This document shows, one piece after another, positions 18,400 through 27,668 of a stretch of 64,000 nucleotides of DNA. Source of the stretch: Acutalibacteraceae bacterium (lineage in GTDB: Bacteria > Bacillota > Clostridia > Oscillospirales > Acutalibacteraceae); the NCBI GenBank assembly GCA_045605025.1, contig JAZUPE010000017.1:1867-65866 (forward strand), in the 5' to 3' direction. The notes below the pieces were generated by a model. It had not been told where the DNA came from. It saw only the letters and a program-made list of their open reading frames with translations, and searched no databases. How positions within the stretch are numbered: position 1 is the stretch's first letter; each line of letters starts with the position of its first letter. A program made the position numbers and the translations under genes.

Positions 18400-18912
18400 T
18401 CAGACCTCGCTGTCGGTGTCGTTGACATAGCTGCCGTTGCGGGGGAGTCCGAGCTTGACCATTACGGATTCCTCCTTTTCGCGCATATGTACCGACTCAA
18501 GACCGCCTGCCTCGTGGTCGTAACCCAGCAGATGCAGCATGGAATGAGCGGTCAGATAGGCGATTTCCCTGCGGAAGGAATGACCGAAACGCTCGGCCTG
18601 CTCCACTGCGCGTGAAACGCAGATGAGGATATCGCCCAGCATCTTGGCTCCGGTTTCGGGATTTGTATCGTACTGTCCGTTTTCACCGAGAGGGAAGGAG
18701 AGTACGTCGGTTACCGAATCGACATTGCGGTGTCTGTTGTTCTCCTCGCGGATTCTGTCGCTGTCAACAAAATAGATATTGACTTCAGCGCGGTCGGTAA
18801 AGTTTTCCATCTCCAGTACAGCGTTGCAGCAGCGGCGCATAAGCAGACGTGTGCCGGTGGGAATCTTGACTTCCTTCTGCTCGTCAGAGATGATTACCTT
18901 AGTTTTATCCAT
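18400..18912 (-). CDS. ybeY: rRNA maturation endoribonuclease YbeY
   Basis: Zinc motif 'HSMLHLLGYDH'. Start moved to the ATG 8 nt after GGAGGT. Confidence 0.9.
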   Translation of the reverse strand: MDKTKVIISDEQKEVKIPTGTRLLMRRCCNAVLEMENFTDRAEVNIYFVDSDRIREENNRHRNVDSVTDVLSFPLGENGQYDTNPETGAKMLGDILICVSRAVEQAERFGHSFRREIAYLTAHSMLHLLGYDHEAGGLESVHMREKEESVMVKLGLPRNGSYVNDTDSEV

Positions 18913-18981
18913 GAAATTCAACCTCCAAATTTTTCCGCGAAAAGCGGATAAAACTCATATCGTAAGCACCGGAACCAGACG

Positions 18982-19965
18982 TCAGTCGCGGCGGCTGTTC
19001 TGCGCAGCGGCACGCTGTTCCTCTGCTTTTGCGTAAGCACGAATAATATCCTGCACCAGTCTGTGACGGACAACGTCACGTTCATCAAATGTGACAATGG
19101 CGATGTCTTCGATATTGCGGAGCAGCTTTGTCAGTTCCATCAGACCGGAACGCCGTCCGTCTGGCAGGTCGATCTGCGTGGCGTCGCCGTTGACTACCAT
19201 CTTTGAGTTGAAGCCAAGGCGGGTAAGGAACATTTTCATCTGCTCGCGGGATGTGTTCTGCGCCTCGTCGAGAATGATGAAGCTGTCGTCGAGTGTACGT
19301 CCGCGCATATACGCCAGCGGCGCGACCTCGATGGCTCCCCGTTCCTGATACTTCTGAAAGGTTTCCGCGCCGAGCATATCAAACAGAGCGTCGTATAGAG
19401 GGCGCAGATAGGGGTCGACCTTTGACTGCAGGTCGCCGGGCAGGAAACCGAGCTTTTCTCCGGCTTCCACGGCAGGGCGGGTGAGAATAATACGGTTGAC
19501 CGTACCCGCGCGGAAAGCCGCGACGGCCATTGCCACGGCAAGGTAGGTCTTGCCGGTACCGGCAGGGCCTATGCCAACGGTTATGGTGTTTTTCTCGATG
19601 GCCTCACAGTAACGGCTCTGACCGAGAGTCTTGGGCTTAACCGGCTTGCCGCGGGAGGTGATGCACACGCATTCCCGCAGAAGGGTTTCCATTTTATCGG
19701 ATGTGCCGTCCCTGACCATCGACACGCAGTAGCGCACGTTCTGGTCGTTGAGCGGCTCTCCTTTGTTGAGCATTGTGAGCATGGTGTTCAGCGCACGGAC
19801 GGCGTTGGCAACATCTTCAGCGTTGCCGGTGACCTTGATGTCCGAGCCGCGACTGATTACATCCACGTTGAACTCCGACTGAATCAGTCTGATGTTTTCG
19901 TCGAAGTTTCCGAACAGGGCGACGGCATGCTCCATACGGTCGAACCTGACGGTTTGTTCATACAT
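18982..19965 (-). CDS. phoH: PhoH-family ATPase
   Basis: Walker A 'GPAGTGKTYLA'. 'FIILDEAQNT' and 'VVNGDATQIDLP' are typical of PhoH. Confidence 0.9.
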   Translation of the reverse strand: MYEQTVRFDRMEHAVALFGNFDENIRLIQSEFNVDVISRGSDIKVTGNAEDVANAVRALNTMLTMLNKGEPLNDQNVRYCVSMVRDGTSDKMETLLRECVCITSRGKPVKPKTLGQSRYCEAIEKNTITVGIGPAGTGKTYLAVAMAVAAFRAGTVNRIILTRPAVEAGEKLGFLPGDLQSKVDPYLRPLYDALFDMLGAETFQKYQERGAIEVAPLAYMRGRTLDDSFIILDEAQNTSREQMKMFLTRLGFNSKMVVNGDATQIDLPDGRRSGLMELTKLLRNIEDIAIVTFDERDVVRHRLVQDIIRAYAKAEEQRAAAQNSRRD

Positions 19966-20143
19966 TCCAGGACTTCCTTTTGTTCAGAATATGGCGGGCG
20001 AAAACGCGCCTCGCCGCTTTTATACAGATGGATTATAGCACATTCCAACTCAAATGTCACTACAAAATTATGATTTTTTTACATAAATTCTTTGTAAACA
20101 AACGAGAATTATATATATGAATTACTGAAATCGGACAGACCGG

Positions 20144-21316
20144 TCAGGAAATACCGATTTTTGCAGGCACGGCAATGTCCTCCCTGACGGTGAGCGTCAT
20201 GCTGACGGTAACGCCGTGTTCGCTTTCCGATACCTGATATTTCCGGTCGATTATTCCGGTGCAGTCAAGGGCGGCGACGCGCTGTTCCAGTTCTTTCAGC
20301 GCAAGTTCCTCTGCCTGTTCCGCGGTGTACACAACAGGAATTTCCTCCAGTTCATAGCATCGTTCGGTGCGCACCTCGAAGGGCAGATCCATCCTGCCTG
20401 CGGTGAGGCGTTTTTCGGAATATTCCCGTTCGTACAGCCCGTCGGTGTCGATGGCTGCAAGCAGCGGAAGCTCAAGTCCGAACAAGCGCACGCGATGACG
20501 GGTGATCGCTCTGCCGGTGCGACGGGTGACGGTCTGCCGGAATGGCATGGAGCAGCTCATTTCTCGCGTTGTGCGGGCCCACACCGCGCAGGAGGCTTCA
20601 GTGATCTGCAGACTGCCGTCCAGATGCTCCACCACTCCGCTGACCAGCAGATCACCTTTTACCACCGGCTGACCGGGCTGCACTTCAACTTCGCCCCGCA
20701 GATAATCGATGTCAAGAATGACACCGTCACGGGAGGCGACCAGATTGCAGGGTTCGCCTGCGACAGGCGCGGCGGCAACCGGTTCATATTCCTTTGCTTC
20801 GACGGTTACACTGCTGCCGTAGGTGCTGATGCCGGCCCATGTCAGTTCGGGTACACGCAGCTGCAGCTCAATGGACATACGGTTTCCGTCTACCTCCGAG
20901 CGCAGTGACCCCACGCTTACGCCCATGTCATCCAGAGCCGCCGCCACCTTTGCGCCGGTGTCATCAGAGAGCGCGGGCAGCTTTACAGACCAGATAAACA
21001 GCGAGAGAAAATACAGAGTACCGCAGAACATAAGAAAACCGAGGGGCATGCCCGGACGCTTCCGGTATGGTGTCAGCCGGAAGGGCAGACCGTATCGCCT
21101 CATAACCCGCAGCCGCACGCCGCACCGCCTCGCGCAGGGCAGCAGGCGGCGGTATCTGCCGGCGATTACCCGCGCAGTTATTCCGCCTTCGTCTCTCGTG
21201 ATATCCCACAGCCCCATATCCGAACGCGCGCACAGGTTGAGAAAACGCTCGGGAAAATCGCCTGTTGCGCGGAATCGGCAGCTGCCTCTGAGAAATACCG
21301 GTATATCTGAAAGCAT
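20144..21316 (-). CDS. yqfD: sporulation protein YqfD
   Basis: 390 aa with a central TM helix. Position (yqfC-yqfD-phoH) and N-terminal 'RFRATGDFPERFLNLC' are typical of YqfD. AGGAGG SD upstream. Confidence 0.85.
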   Translation of the reverse strand: MLSDIPVFLRGSCRFRATGDFPERFLNLCARSDMGLWDITRDEGGITARVIAGRYRRLLPCARRCGVRLRVMRRYGLPFRLTPYRKRPGMPLGFLMFCGTLYFLSLFIWSVKLPALSDDTGAKVAAALDDMGVSVGSLRSEVDGNRMSIELQLRVPELTWAGISTYGSSVTVEAKEYEPVAAAPVAGEPCNLVASRDGVILDIDYLRGEVEVQPGQPVVKGDLLVSGVVEHLDGSLQITEASCAVWARTTREMSCSMPFRQTVTRRTGRAITRHRVRLFGLELPLLAAIDTDGLYEREYSEKRLTAGRMDLPFEVRTERCYELEEIPVVYTAEQAEELALKELEQRVAALDCTGIIDRKYQVSESEHGVTVSMTLTVREDIAVPAKIGIS

Positions 21317-21328
21317 TCCCGTTCCTCC

Positions 21329-21598
21329 TTATACAAATTCAACCGATTTGATGAATCCGGCAATAGTGAGCGTGCCTCCGAACATGATTCGTATGCGCAG
21401 ATCACTGCCGACGAGAAGCAGGGTGCGGCTGCCCAGCCCGATGCGCATGGCAGTGTCGCTGTAGTATATTACACCGGTGGAGCCTTCGATCAGTATTTCG
21501 CGTGAACCCTTGAGCTCTATCCGTGGCTCGGTACCGGCGAATACAGACAATGCGGACGGCTGGTCCGGCACAGGTGTTTTTCTGTTGTCCTTTCGCAT
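21329..21598 (-). CDS. yqfC: YabP/YqfC-family sporulation protein
   Basis: 89 aa. 'IELKGSREILIEGSTGVIYYSD' is YabP-like. Lies immediately upstream of yqfD. Confidence 0.85.
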   Translation of the reverse strand: MRKDNRKTPVPDQPSALSVFAGTEPRIELKGSREILIEGSTGVIYYSDTAMRIGLGSRTLLLVGSDLRIRIMFGGTLTIAGFIKSVEFV

Positions 21599-21723
21599 AT
21601 ATCCCTCCGGAGCGACATAGTTTTTTGTGCGGCAGGGACAGGCGGACGCGTGGCGGACTGTCCCCTGCAGAACAGTTTTATGCCGCGCGGGCTGTCATGA
21701 TTACCGGACGGGAAGGGTTTGCG

Positions 21724-22875
21724 ATGAACAAGTGGAATAATTGCGTGAGAAAAGCCGGAAATATTGCTGCGGCGCTGTTTCTGGCGGGGATTGCGGCGGC
21801 GGTCATGCTTTTTCCGGCGGATACAGGGCGTGGGATAAGCAGCGGAATTACATTGTGTCTGGAAAAAATCGTACCGTCGGTCTTTCCGGCGATGGTCGTC
21901 TGCGTGATGACCGTGGAGTGCGGTTTTGCGGCAAAGGCTGGCAGGCTGCTTGCTCCCCTGTCCCGAAAACTGTTCGGTCTGCCGGGGGAGGCGGCTGCAG
22001 CAGTTATGCTTTCGCTGATAGGCGGATATCCCGCAGGCGCGAAAACTGTGGTGGAACTGCAAGACTGCGGGGCGATAACCACAGGACAGGCGGCGCGTAT
22101 GGCTCTGTTCTGCTTCTGTTCCGGACCTGCTTTCCTGACCGGCGTGGTGGGTGGGCTGACTGGTTCCGCTGCTGCGGGCTGGCTGCTTCTGGGGGTGCAG
22201 GCAGTGGTTGTAGTGGTTCTCGGGGTACTGTTCTGCAGAATACCCGCGTCGGATATGCCGGACTCCGGAAAGCAGGCTGCGGTCGCGCTGAATCCGGAAA
22301 AATCCAGACCGCTCAGTGAATCGATAGTGGTCTCTGTCAGCAAATCCGCATCGGCAGTGATGCAGGTGTGCGTGTATGTTGTTGTTTTTTCGGCGGTCAG
22401 CGCGATACTTGAAAGAACCGGAGCGAGTGCAGCGGTGGAGGAGATTCTTGTCCGGACAGGATTCAGCGAGAGGCTGGCAGGTTCCGTCGTGCCGTCACTT
22501 CTGGAGGTGACCGGAGGCTGCGTTCGCTCCGCGGAATCGGGATTGCCGATGATCGCCTTTGCGGTGGGCTTCGGGGGATTGTCGGTTCATCTGCAGGTGC
22601 TTGCAATAACGGAAAAACTGGGAGTGAACAAGCCGCTTTTTTTCGCCGCGAGAATGGCTCAGGGACTGTTGAGCGCCGCACTTACGGCTGCGGTGGTGGA
22701 AGTGCTGCCGCAGGGCGTGGCGGTGACCGCTTCCGCGGAACTGACCGGCAGCAGGCTCAGCGGCTCGACGCAGGGGGCGGTCATGCTGGTTGTCATGTGC
22801 GCGGTGTGTGTCGTGTGTCTGCCGCTTAACGTCAACAGGGACGGAATTGCAACTCCGGAAAGAAAGCTGCCGTAA
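21724..22875 (+). CDS. ylbJ: sporulation integral membrane protein YlbJ (nucleoside-recognition/Gate domain)
   Basis: 'LEKIVPSVFPAMV', 'LIGGYPAGAK'. Start set at the ATG after GGAAGGG to remove the overlap with yqfC; an alternative start is at 21697. Confidence 0.75.
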   Translation: MNKWNNCVRKAGNIAAALFLAGIAAAVMLFPADTGRGISSGITLCLEKIVPSVFPAMVVCVMTVECGFAAKAGRLLAPLSRKLFGLPGEAAAAVMLSLIGGYPAGAKTVVELQDCGAITTGQAARMALFCFCSGPAFLTGVVGGLTGSAAAGWLLLGVQAVVVVVLGVLFCRIPASDMPDSGKQAAVALNPEKSRPLSESIVVSVSKSASAVMQVCVYVVVFSAVSAILERTGASAAVEEILVRTGFSERLAGSVVPSLLEVTGGCVRSAESGLPMIAFAVGFGGLSVHLQVLAITEKLGVNKPLFFAARMAQGLLSAALTAAVVEVLPQGVAVTASAELTGSRLSGSTQGAVMLVVMCAVCVVCLPLNVNRDGIATPERKLP

Positions 22876-22951
22876 GTCCTGCTTCTTGACACTGTACGCA
22901 GCCGAAGATATAATTTTTGTCATAAGATCACAGAACAGGGAGAGGTCGATT

Positions 22952-23443
22952 ATGGCAGAGGTTTATCTTATCTGCGGCATGATTTGCAGCGGCAAAAGCC
23001 GGTACGCTCAGAAACTCCGGGCGGAGCGCGACGCTCTGATTCTTTCCACCGATGAGATAACCCTCTCGCTTCCGCAGGACGCCATACGGGATTGCTTTGA
23101 CCGGGTGTCTGACGGCGTCAACACGTATCTGATGAACAAATCGCTGGAAGTACTCGCGGCGGGCGTCGATGTGATACTGGACTGGGGGTTCTGGACGAAG
23201 GAAAAGCGCGATGAGATAAGAGAATTCTATCGTTCGCGCGGTGTGAAATTCCGGTTCTGCTATATTGATGTGAATAGCGAAACACTTGCGCTGAATGTCA
23301 GCGACCGCAACCGGAAGGTGGAGGCAGGGGAGACCGCGGCGTTTTATGTGGACGAGGGTCTTGCAAAGAAATGCAGTGACCTGTTCGAGGTGCCTTCGCC
23401 GGAGGAGATTGATGTCCGGATTGACAACCGGAGAGTCCGGTGA
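22952..23443 (+). CDS. P-loop kinase / AAA_33-family ATP-binding protein
   Basis: Walker A 'CGMICSGKS' near the N-terminus. 163 aa. GGGAGAGG SD upstream. Confidence 0.7.
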   Translation: MAEVYLICGMICSGKSRYAQKLRAERDALILSTDEITLSLPQDAIRDCFDRVSDGVNTYLMNKSLEVLAAGVDVILDWGFWTKEKRDEIREFYRSRGVKFRFCYIDVNSETLALNVSDRNRKVEAGETAAFYVDEGLAKKCSDLFEVPSPEEIDVRIDNRRVR

Positions 23444-23558
23444 AGTATCCGGTCAGGCATACAAAATCCGCTTTTCGTATATTGTTTTCCGTGCAGAATA
23501 TTCTATAATTACTATCGGCTGTTTGCATAACTAACAAACTATGACAGGAGAAAAGATT

Positions 23559-24419
23559 ATGAGCAAAAAGGTATTGATTGCCAGCGACAGCACCACCGAT
23601 CTCAGTCCTGAACTTATTGAAAAGTACCAGATCAAAATCCTTCCTCTGGGCGTAAATCTCGGCGGAAAGAGCTATATTGACGGTGTGGATATTGACCCTG
23701 ATTTCATCTACAAATATTATGAGGAACACGGAGAGTTGCCCAAGACTTCCGCGGCGAACGTTGCCGATTTCGACGAGTTCTTCAGAAAATATACCGACGA
23801 GGGCTATGCTGTGGTAATGTTTACCATCAGCCAGACCATGTCCTCCACCTATAACAACGGCCGCATTGCCGCCGAGGCTTATGAGGACGTCTACGTTGTG
23901 GACACAAAAAATCTCTCCACCGGCGGAGGTCTGGTGCTTCTTGCGGCTGCGGATATGGCTGCTCAGGGCGATTCTGCCGACGTTATCGCGGCAAAGTGCG
24001 CCGAGCTTGCCGATCGTGTTGACGCTTCCTTCGTGCTGGACGATCTTGAGTTTCTGCACAAGGGCGGACGTTGCTCCGCTCTGGCTGCCTTTGGCGCCAA
24101 TCTGCTTCAGCTCAAGCCCTGCATCATGGTGCGCAACGGATCTATGGGCGTTGGCAAGAAGTATCGCGGCAAGTTTGCTGCCACTCTTGAAAAGTACATC
24201 GCTGACCAGATCGGTGATGCTTCTGATATAGAGCTTGATCGCATTTTCGTGACCCACGCCGGCTGCGACAAGGCAGTGTATGAAGCCTGTGTCAGACAGG
24301 TCAAGACTCTGGCTCCCTTCAAGGAGGTTCTGCTCACCCGCGCCGGCTGCACCGTTTCCTCACACTGCGGACGCAATACTCTTGGCGTACTGTTTATCCG
24401 CAAGAACAAGCTGGTCTGA
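23559..24419 (+). CDS. DegV-family fatty-acid-binding protein
   Basis: 'VLIASDSTTDLSPEL', 'FTISQTMSSTYNN', 'LHKGGR' are typical of DegV. AGGAGA SD upstream. Confidence 0.9.
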   Translation: MSKKVLIASDSTTDLSPELIEKYQIKILPLGVNLGGKSYIDGVDIDPDFIYKYYEEHGELPKTSAANVADFDEFFRKYTDEGYAVVMFTISQTMSSTYNNGRIAAEAYEDVYVVDTKNLSTGGGLVLLAAADMAAQGDSADVIAAKCAELADRVDASFVLDDLEFLHKGGRCSALAAFGANLLQLKPCIMVRNGSMGVGKKYRGKFAATLEKYIADQIGDASDIELDRIFVTHAGCDKAVYEACVRQVKTLAPFKEVLLTRAGCTVSSHCGRNTLGVLFIRKNKLV

Positions 24420-24472
24420 TAACCGCTGACCGGTCTGCTTTTCATCTCGGCTGACAGCGGGTATTGAAATGC

Positions 24473-24514
24473 AAAAAAGCCTGATCGTTCCCGCTTGGGA
24501 TTCGATCAGGCTTT
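24473..24514. terminator. bidirectional terminator (DegV gene / esterase gene)
   Basis: Stem AGCCTGATCG / CGATCAGGCT, flanked by A6 upstream and TTT downstream. Lies between convergent genes. Confidence 0.65.
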
Positions 24515-24527
24515 ACTGCGGGATTAT

Positions 24528-25406
24528 TCAGCTGTCATTGCGCACGTACTTCATCATGAACGCAATCTGGTCGGAATTGGCTTCGCCTGCGAGGGCGCTG
24601 CGGACGTTGATGTGGAAAACGTGTCCGATTTCCTTTGTGCCGTACAGCTTGTATTCGCAGGGAACTCCTCGTGATGAGAGCAGTTCCGCCATGGGCCGGC
24701 ATTTGTCTGCGAGAAAGTCACCCGGAGCGCTGATGAGATACGCGGGCGGAAAACTTCCGGTGATATACTTGAGCACGTTCAGCTTTTCACCGAACTGAGC
24801 GGGGTTGTTTGTGAAATAATCGCGGACCATGGGCGGAAGGCGCCTGCCGGAGCCGGTGTGTGCCATGAGATCATACATACCGCAGTTGAGCCCCACCGCG
24901 GCAAGCCGGAAATCCGGAGGAGTTATGCCCATGATCGCGGAATATTTGGGGCTTGACCATATGGTTGCGTACTGGCTGACCAGCTGCGCGCCTGCGGAGT
25001 CGCCCACCATGAATACGTTTCCGGTGTCAATCGGATACTCTGCCGCATGGTCAACAGCCCACTGCATGACCATGTTGATATCCTCGAGCGGGGAAGGAAA
25101 TTTGTGCTTAGGAGCCAGACGGTAATTGAGGCTGATGACGGTGAAGCCGCGGGCGGCAAGGTCGCAGCAGTAGAATTTGTAGGGCTTTGTGCTGCCGTAT
25201 ACATAACCTCCGCCGTGGACGTTGATTACCGTTGCCGATGATGCTTTGCTGCGAGGATAGCAGATGTCCAGCGTGTGCCATTTGCTGTCGGGCCCGTAGG
25301 GGATGCGCTCAACCAGAGTAACTTCTTCCGGGACGGTGAGCCCTTCGTCGCGTCGGGCATCGCTTCTGGTGCACATTTTTCGGAACATATAGCTTGCAAT
25401 GGACAT
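24528..25406 (-). CDS. alpha/beta hydrolase (HSL-type esterase/lipase)
   Basis: Oxyanion 'HGGGY' and nucleophile elbow 'GDSAG'. AAGGAG SD upstream. Confidence 0.85.
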   Translation of the reverse strand: MSIASYMFRKMCTRSDARRDEGLTVPEEVTLVERIPYGPDSKWHTLDICYPRSKASSATVINVHGGGYVYGSTKPYKFYCCDLAARGFTVISLNYRLAPKHKFPSPLEDINMVMQWAVDHAAEYPIDTGNVFMVGDSAGAQLVSQYATIWSSPKYSAIMGITPPDFRLAAVGLNCGMYDLMAHTGSGRRLPPMVRDYFTNNPAQFGEKLNVLKYITGSFPPAYLISAPGDFLADKCRPMAELLSSRGVPCEYKLYGTKEIGHVFHINVRSALAGEANSDQIAFMMKYVRNDS

Positions 25407-25550
25407 AAATTATCTCCTTCCGGTTAAAATTTTCAAGACTGAAAATAATATATCAGTTACCTGAAATTCCGTCAAGAGCCGGAGAGGAGACGCAACGATT
25501 CCGCTTTTTATTTGCTGTGTGATTTTTGTGTTATTACGGCTGGAATAATG

Positions 25551-25578
25551 TTGACAACGGAAAATTAACTGCTATAAT
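25551..25578 (+). promoter_or_regulatory. sigma-A promoter of the CDP-alcohol phosphatidyltransferase gene
   Basis: TTGACA-16 nt-TATAAT. Confidence 0.55.
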
Positions 25579-25679
25579 TTTATCCAAACGGATTTTTTCT
25601 GACAGTATTCGCAGGTTGCCGATCGTTGATATTATGTCAACTGACAGTTTTGAGCTGGAATAGAGGTGAGCAATTGCCG

Positions 25680-26246
25680 ATGAGCAATAATCAAAAAACG
25701 CATATTTTTACCATACCTAACATTCTTACGGTATTCCGCATTGTCGGTTCATTGTGTCTTCTGTTCTTCAGACCTCCCGATATAGCTTTCTATGTTCTTT
25801 ACTCCCTTTGCGGATTCAGTGATGTGCTGGATGGATTCATCGCAAGGTCGACCGGAACGACCAGTGAGCTGGGAGCCAAGCTGGACAGCATAGCGGATCT
25901 GCTTTTCTATGCGGCAATGGTTATCTGCATCATGCCCAGACTGATTGAACTGCTGCCCATGTGGCTGTGGATAGCAACCGGTGTGGTGATCCTGCTCAGA
26001 CTGGGGTCTTACCTGACCGCGGCAATCAAATACGGCCGCTTCGCCTCCATGCACACCTATATGAATAAGTTCACCGGTGCCGCCATGTTTACCATGCCTT
26101 ACTGCCTGCTGGCTCCCTGCGCGGTGACACTGTGCGCGATCATCTGCGCCATAGCCGGTCTGTCCTCCATTGAGGAGCTGATTATTCATCTTGTCCGCAG
26201 GGAATACAATTCCAAAGTCAAAACGATATTTGATGTACGCAAATAG
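25680..26246 (+). CDS. CDP-alcohol phosphatidyltransferase family protein
   Basis: Signature 'DVLDGFIARSTGTTSELGAKLDSIADL' (DGxxAR...GxxxDxxxD). Start at MSNNQK after AGAGGTGAG. Confidence 0.85.
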   Translation: MSNNQKTHIFTIPNILTVFRIVGSLCLLFFRPPDIAFYVLYSLCGFSDVLDGFIARSTGTTSELGAKLDSIADLLFYAAMVICIMPRLIELLPMWLWIATGVVILLRLGSYLTAAIKYGRFASMHTYMNKFTGAAMFTMPYCLLAPCAVTLCAIICAIAGLSSIEELIIHLVRREYNSKVKTIFDVRK

Positions 26247-26257
26247 TTAGGTAACGC

Positions 26258-26289
26258 AAAACGGAACTCTCATCTGGGTTCCGTTTTTT
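26258..26289 (+). terminator. rho-independent terminator
   Basis: Stem AAACGGAAC / GTTCCGTTT, running into T6. Confidence 0.8.
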
Positions 26290-26357
26290 GTTTATGTTAG
26301 TTTCAATTTGCTTGCGATAACTTATTTTATGCAGATTCTTGATCTATCATGATAATA

Positions 26358-26385
26358 TTGACATCGTTGGTTGTTATGCTATAAT
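26358..26385 (+). promoter_or_regulatory. strong sigma-A promoter (extended -10) heading a leader of about 345 nt
   Basis: TTGACA-16 nt-(TGc)TATAAT. A 10-bp palindrome TATCATGATA (26345-26354) abuts the -35. Confidence 0.6.
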
Positions 26386-26391
26386 TTATTA

Positions 26392-26730
26392 TTATGCTTT
26401 TATTATGCAAAAATATTTGTATGTCTCAAATTAACTCATGATAGTATATCACATTATGTTAGTATTTGTGCTATTGCGGAAATATAATCTGCTCAGAACA
26501 GCAGAGGAACAGTTCTGTGTGCAAATTACTACTCATTGAGGCAAAAAGATATCGTTAGGCACATATATCATTTCGTCCGGTACAAGGCTGAGTCAGCTTA
26601 TATTCACGGACTATGTTGTGTGCCTGCTCCCGAAAACAGATCCTAACGATTATTAATTTGGATACATTCGGGACACTGTTGTCAAATTTTGGGATATATA
26701 GGAACTAAGTTGAAAGGGATGGGAATAATC
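26392..26730 (+). promoter_or_regulatory. long AT-rich 5' leader with candidate RNA structure (unclassified cis-regulator or sRNA)
   Basis: Contains no credible ORF. ATCGTTAGGCACA (26551-26563) is complementary to a split partner TGTGCCT (26619-25) / CTAACGAT (26643-50), and the pair encloses smaller hairpins. Overlapping alternative stems lie at 26489-26517. Confidence 0.35.
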
Positions 26731-27603
26731 ATGAAAAAAGCATTGTTGATACTTGCAGCAGGTCTGGGATCCAGATATGGCGGAGGCAAACAGACCGACG
26801 GCTTCGGAGCCAACAACGAGATGCTCATGGAGTACGCTATCCGCGATGCGAAACAGTTTGGTTTTACCAAGGTGGTAATCGTAATATCGGACAGCATGCA
26901 GGGGTGGTTTGCCGAGGAGATATGTTCAAGAGTCAGCGGTATTGAACTTGTATTTGCAGTCCAGAACTATTCATCACTTCCCGCTGAATTCACTCCGCCT
27001 GCCGACCGGGTAAAGCCCTATGGCACCATTCATGCTCTTGTATGCGCGCAGCCGTGGCTGGACACTCCCTTCGCGGTGATCAATGCTGACGATTACTATG
27101 GCACCACGGCGTACAGAGAGATGGCAGAGGAGCTGGAGAATGTCAGCGGCGAAGATCAGTGCATGGTTGCGTATCCCATCGGCAGCACCATGTCCGCGTT
27201 CGGTGAAGTTACCCGCGGTCTGTGCAGCGTCAGCAGGGAGGGATATCTTGAATCGGTCGCGGAAACATACCGCATCTGTAAGTGTGAGGACGGGATCATA
27301 CGCTCATTTACCGAAGAGGGAAGCAAAGAGATAGACCCCACAGCCATTGCTTCGATGAATCTGTTTGGTTTTTCTCCGGAGTTTGCCTCACGCTGCAGAG
27401 TGATATTAAAAGAATTCCTCGATTCGCTGGGCGCGAACGATCTGCGTGCGGAACTGCCGCTGTCCGTTGTGGTTGATAAGCTGGTCAGAGCGGGAGATAT
27501 TCGCATGAAAGTGCGCGTAACCGATTCCGAATGGATGGGCGTTACGTATAGAGAGGATAAAGAGCTGGTCAGACAGAAGCTTAGAATGATATACGGAGAA
27601 TAA
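26731..27603 (+). CDS. sugar-phosphate nucleotidyltransferase family protein
   Basis: N-terminal 'LILAAGLGSRYGGGKQ' (NTP-transferase G-rich loop); 'INADDYYG'. Confidence 0.75.
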   Translation: MKKALLILAAGLGSRYGGGKQTDGFGANNEMLMEYAIRDAKQFGFTKVVIVISDSMQGWFAEEICSRVSGIELVFAVQNYSSLPAEFTPPADRVKPYGTIHALVCAQPWLDTPFAVINADDYYGTTAYREMAEELENVSGEDQCMVAYPIGSTMSAFGEVTRGLCSVSREGYLESVAETYRICKCEDGIIRSFTEEGSKEIDPTAIASMNLFGFSPEFASRCRVILKEFLDSLGANDLRAELPLSVVVDKLVRAGDIRMKVRVTDSEWMGVTYREDKELVRQKLRMIYGE

Positions 27604-27668
27604 CGTACAGAAAAGTCCTCTGTGTGCTTTAATTCTGTCGGTGATAGTACACAGATGAGGTGATTGTA

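Noticed and set aside
20007-20032. GC-rich imperfect hairpin between yqfD and phoH as a terminator
   Set aside because: The stem is imperfect and no T-run follows on the relevant (minus) strand. phoH is probably co-transcribed with, or separately promoted from, yqfD. Not called.
26392-26730. Assignment of the AT-rich leader to a known riboswitch, a T-box or a small protein gene
   Set aside because: It has no T-box motif (AGGGTGGTACCGCG-like), no recognisable conserved riboswitch core and no SD-led ORF. It is kept only as an unclassified structured leader.
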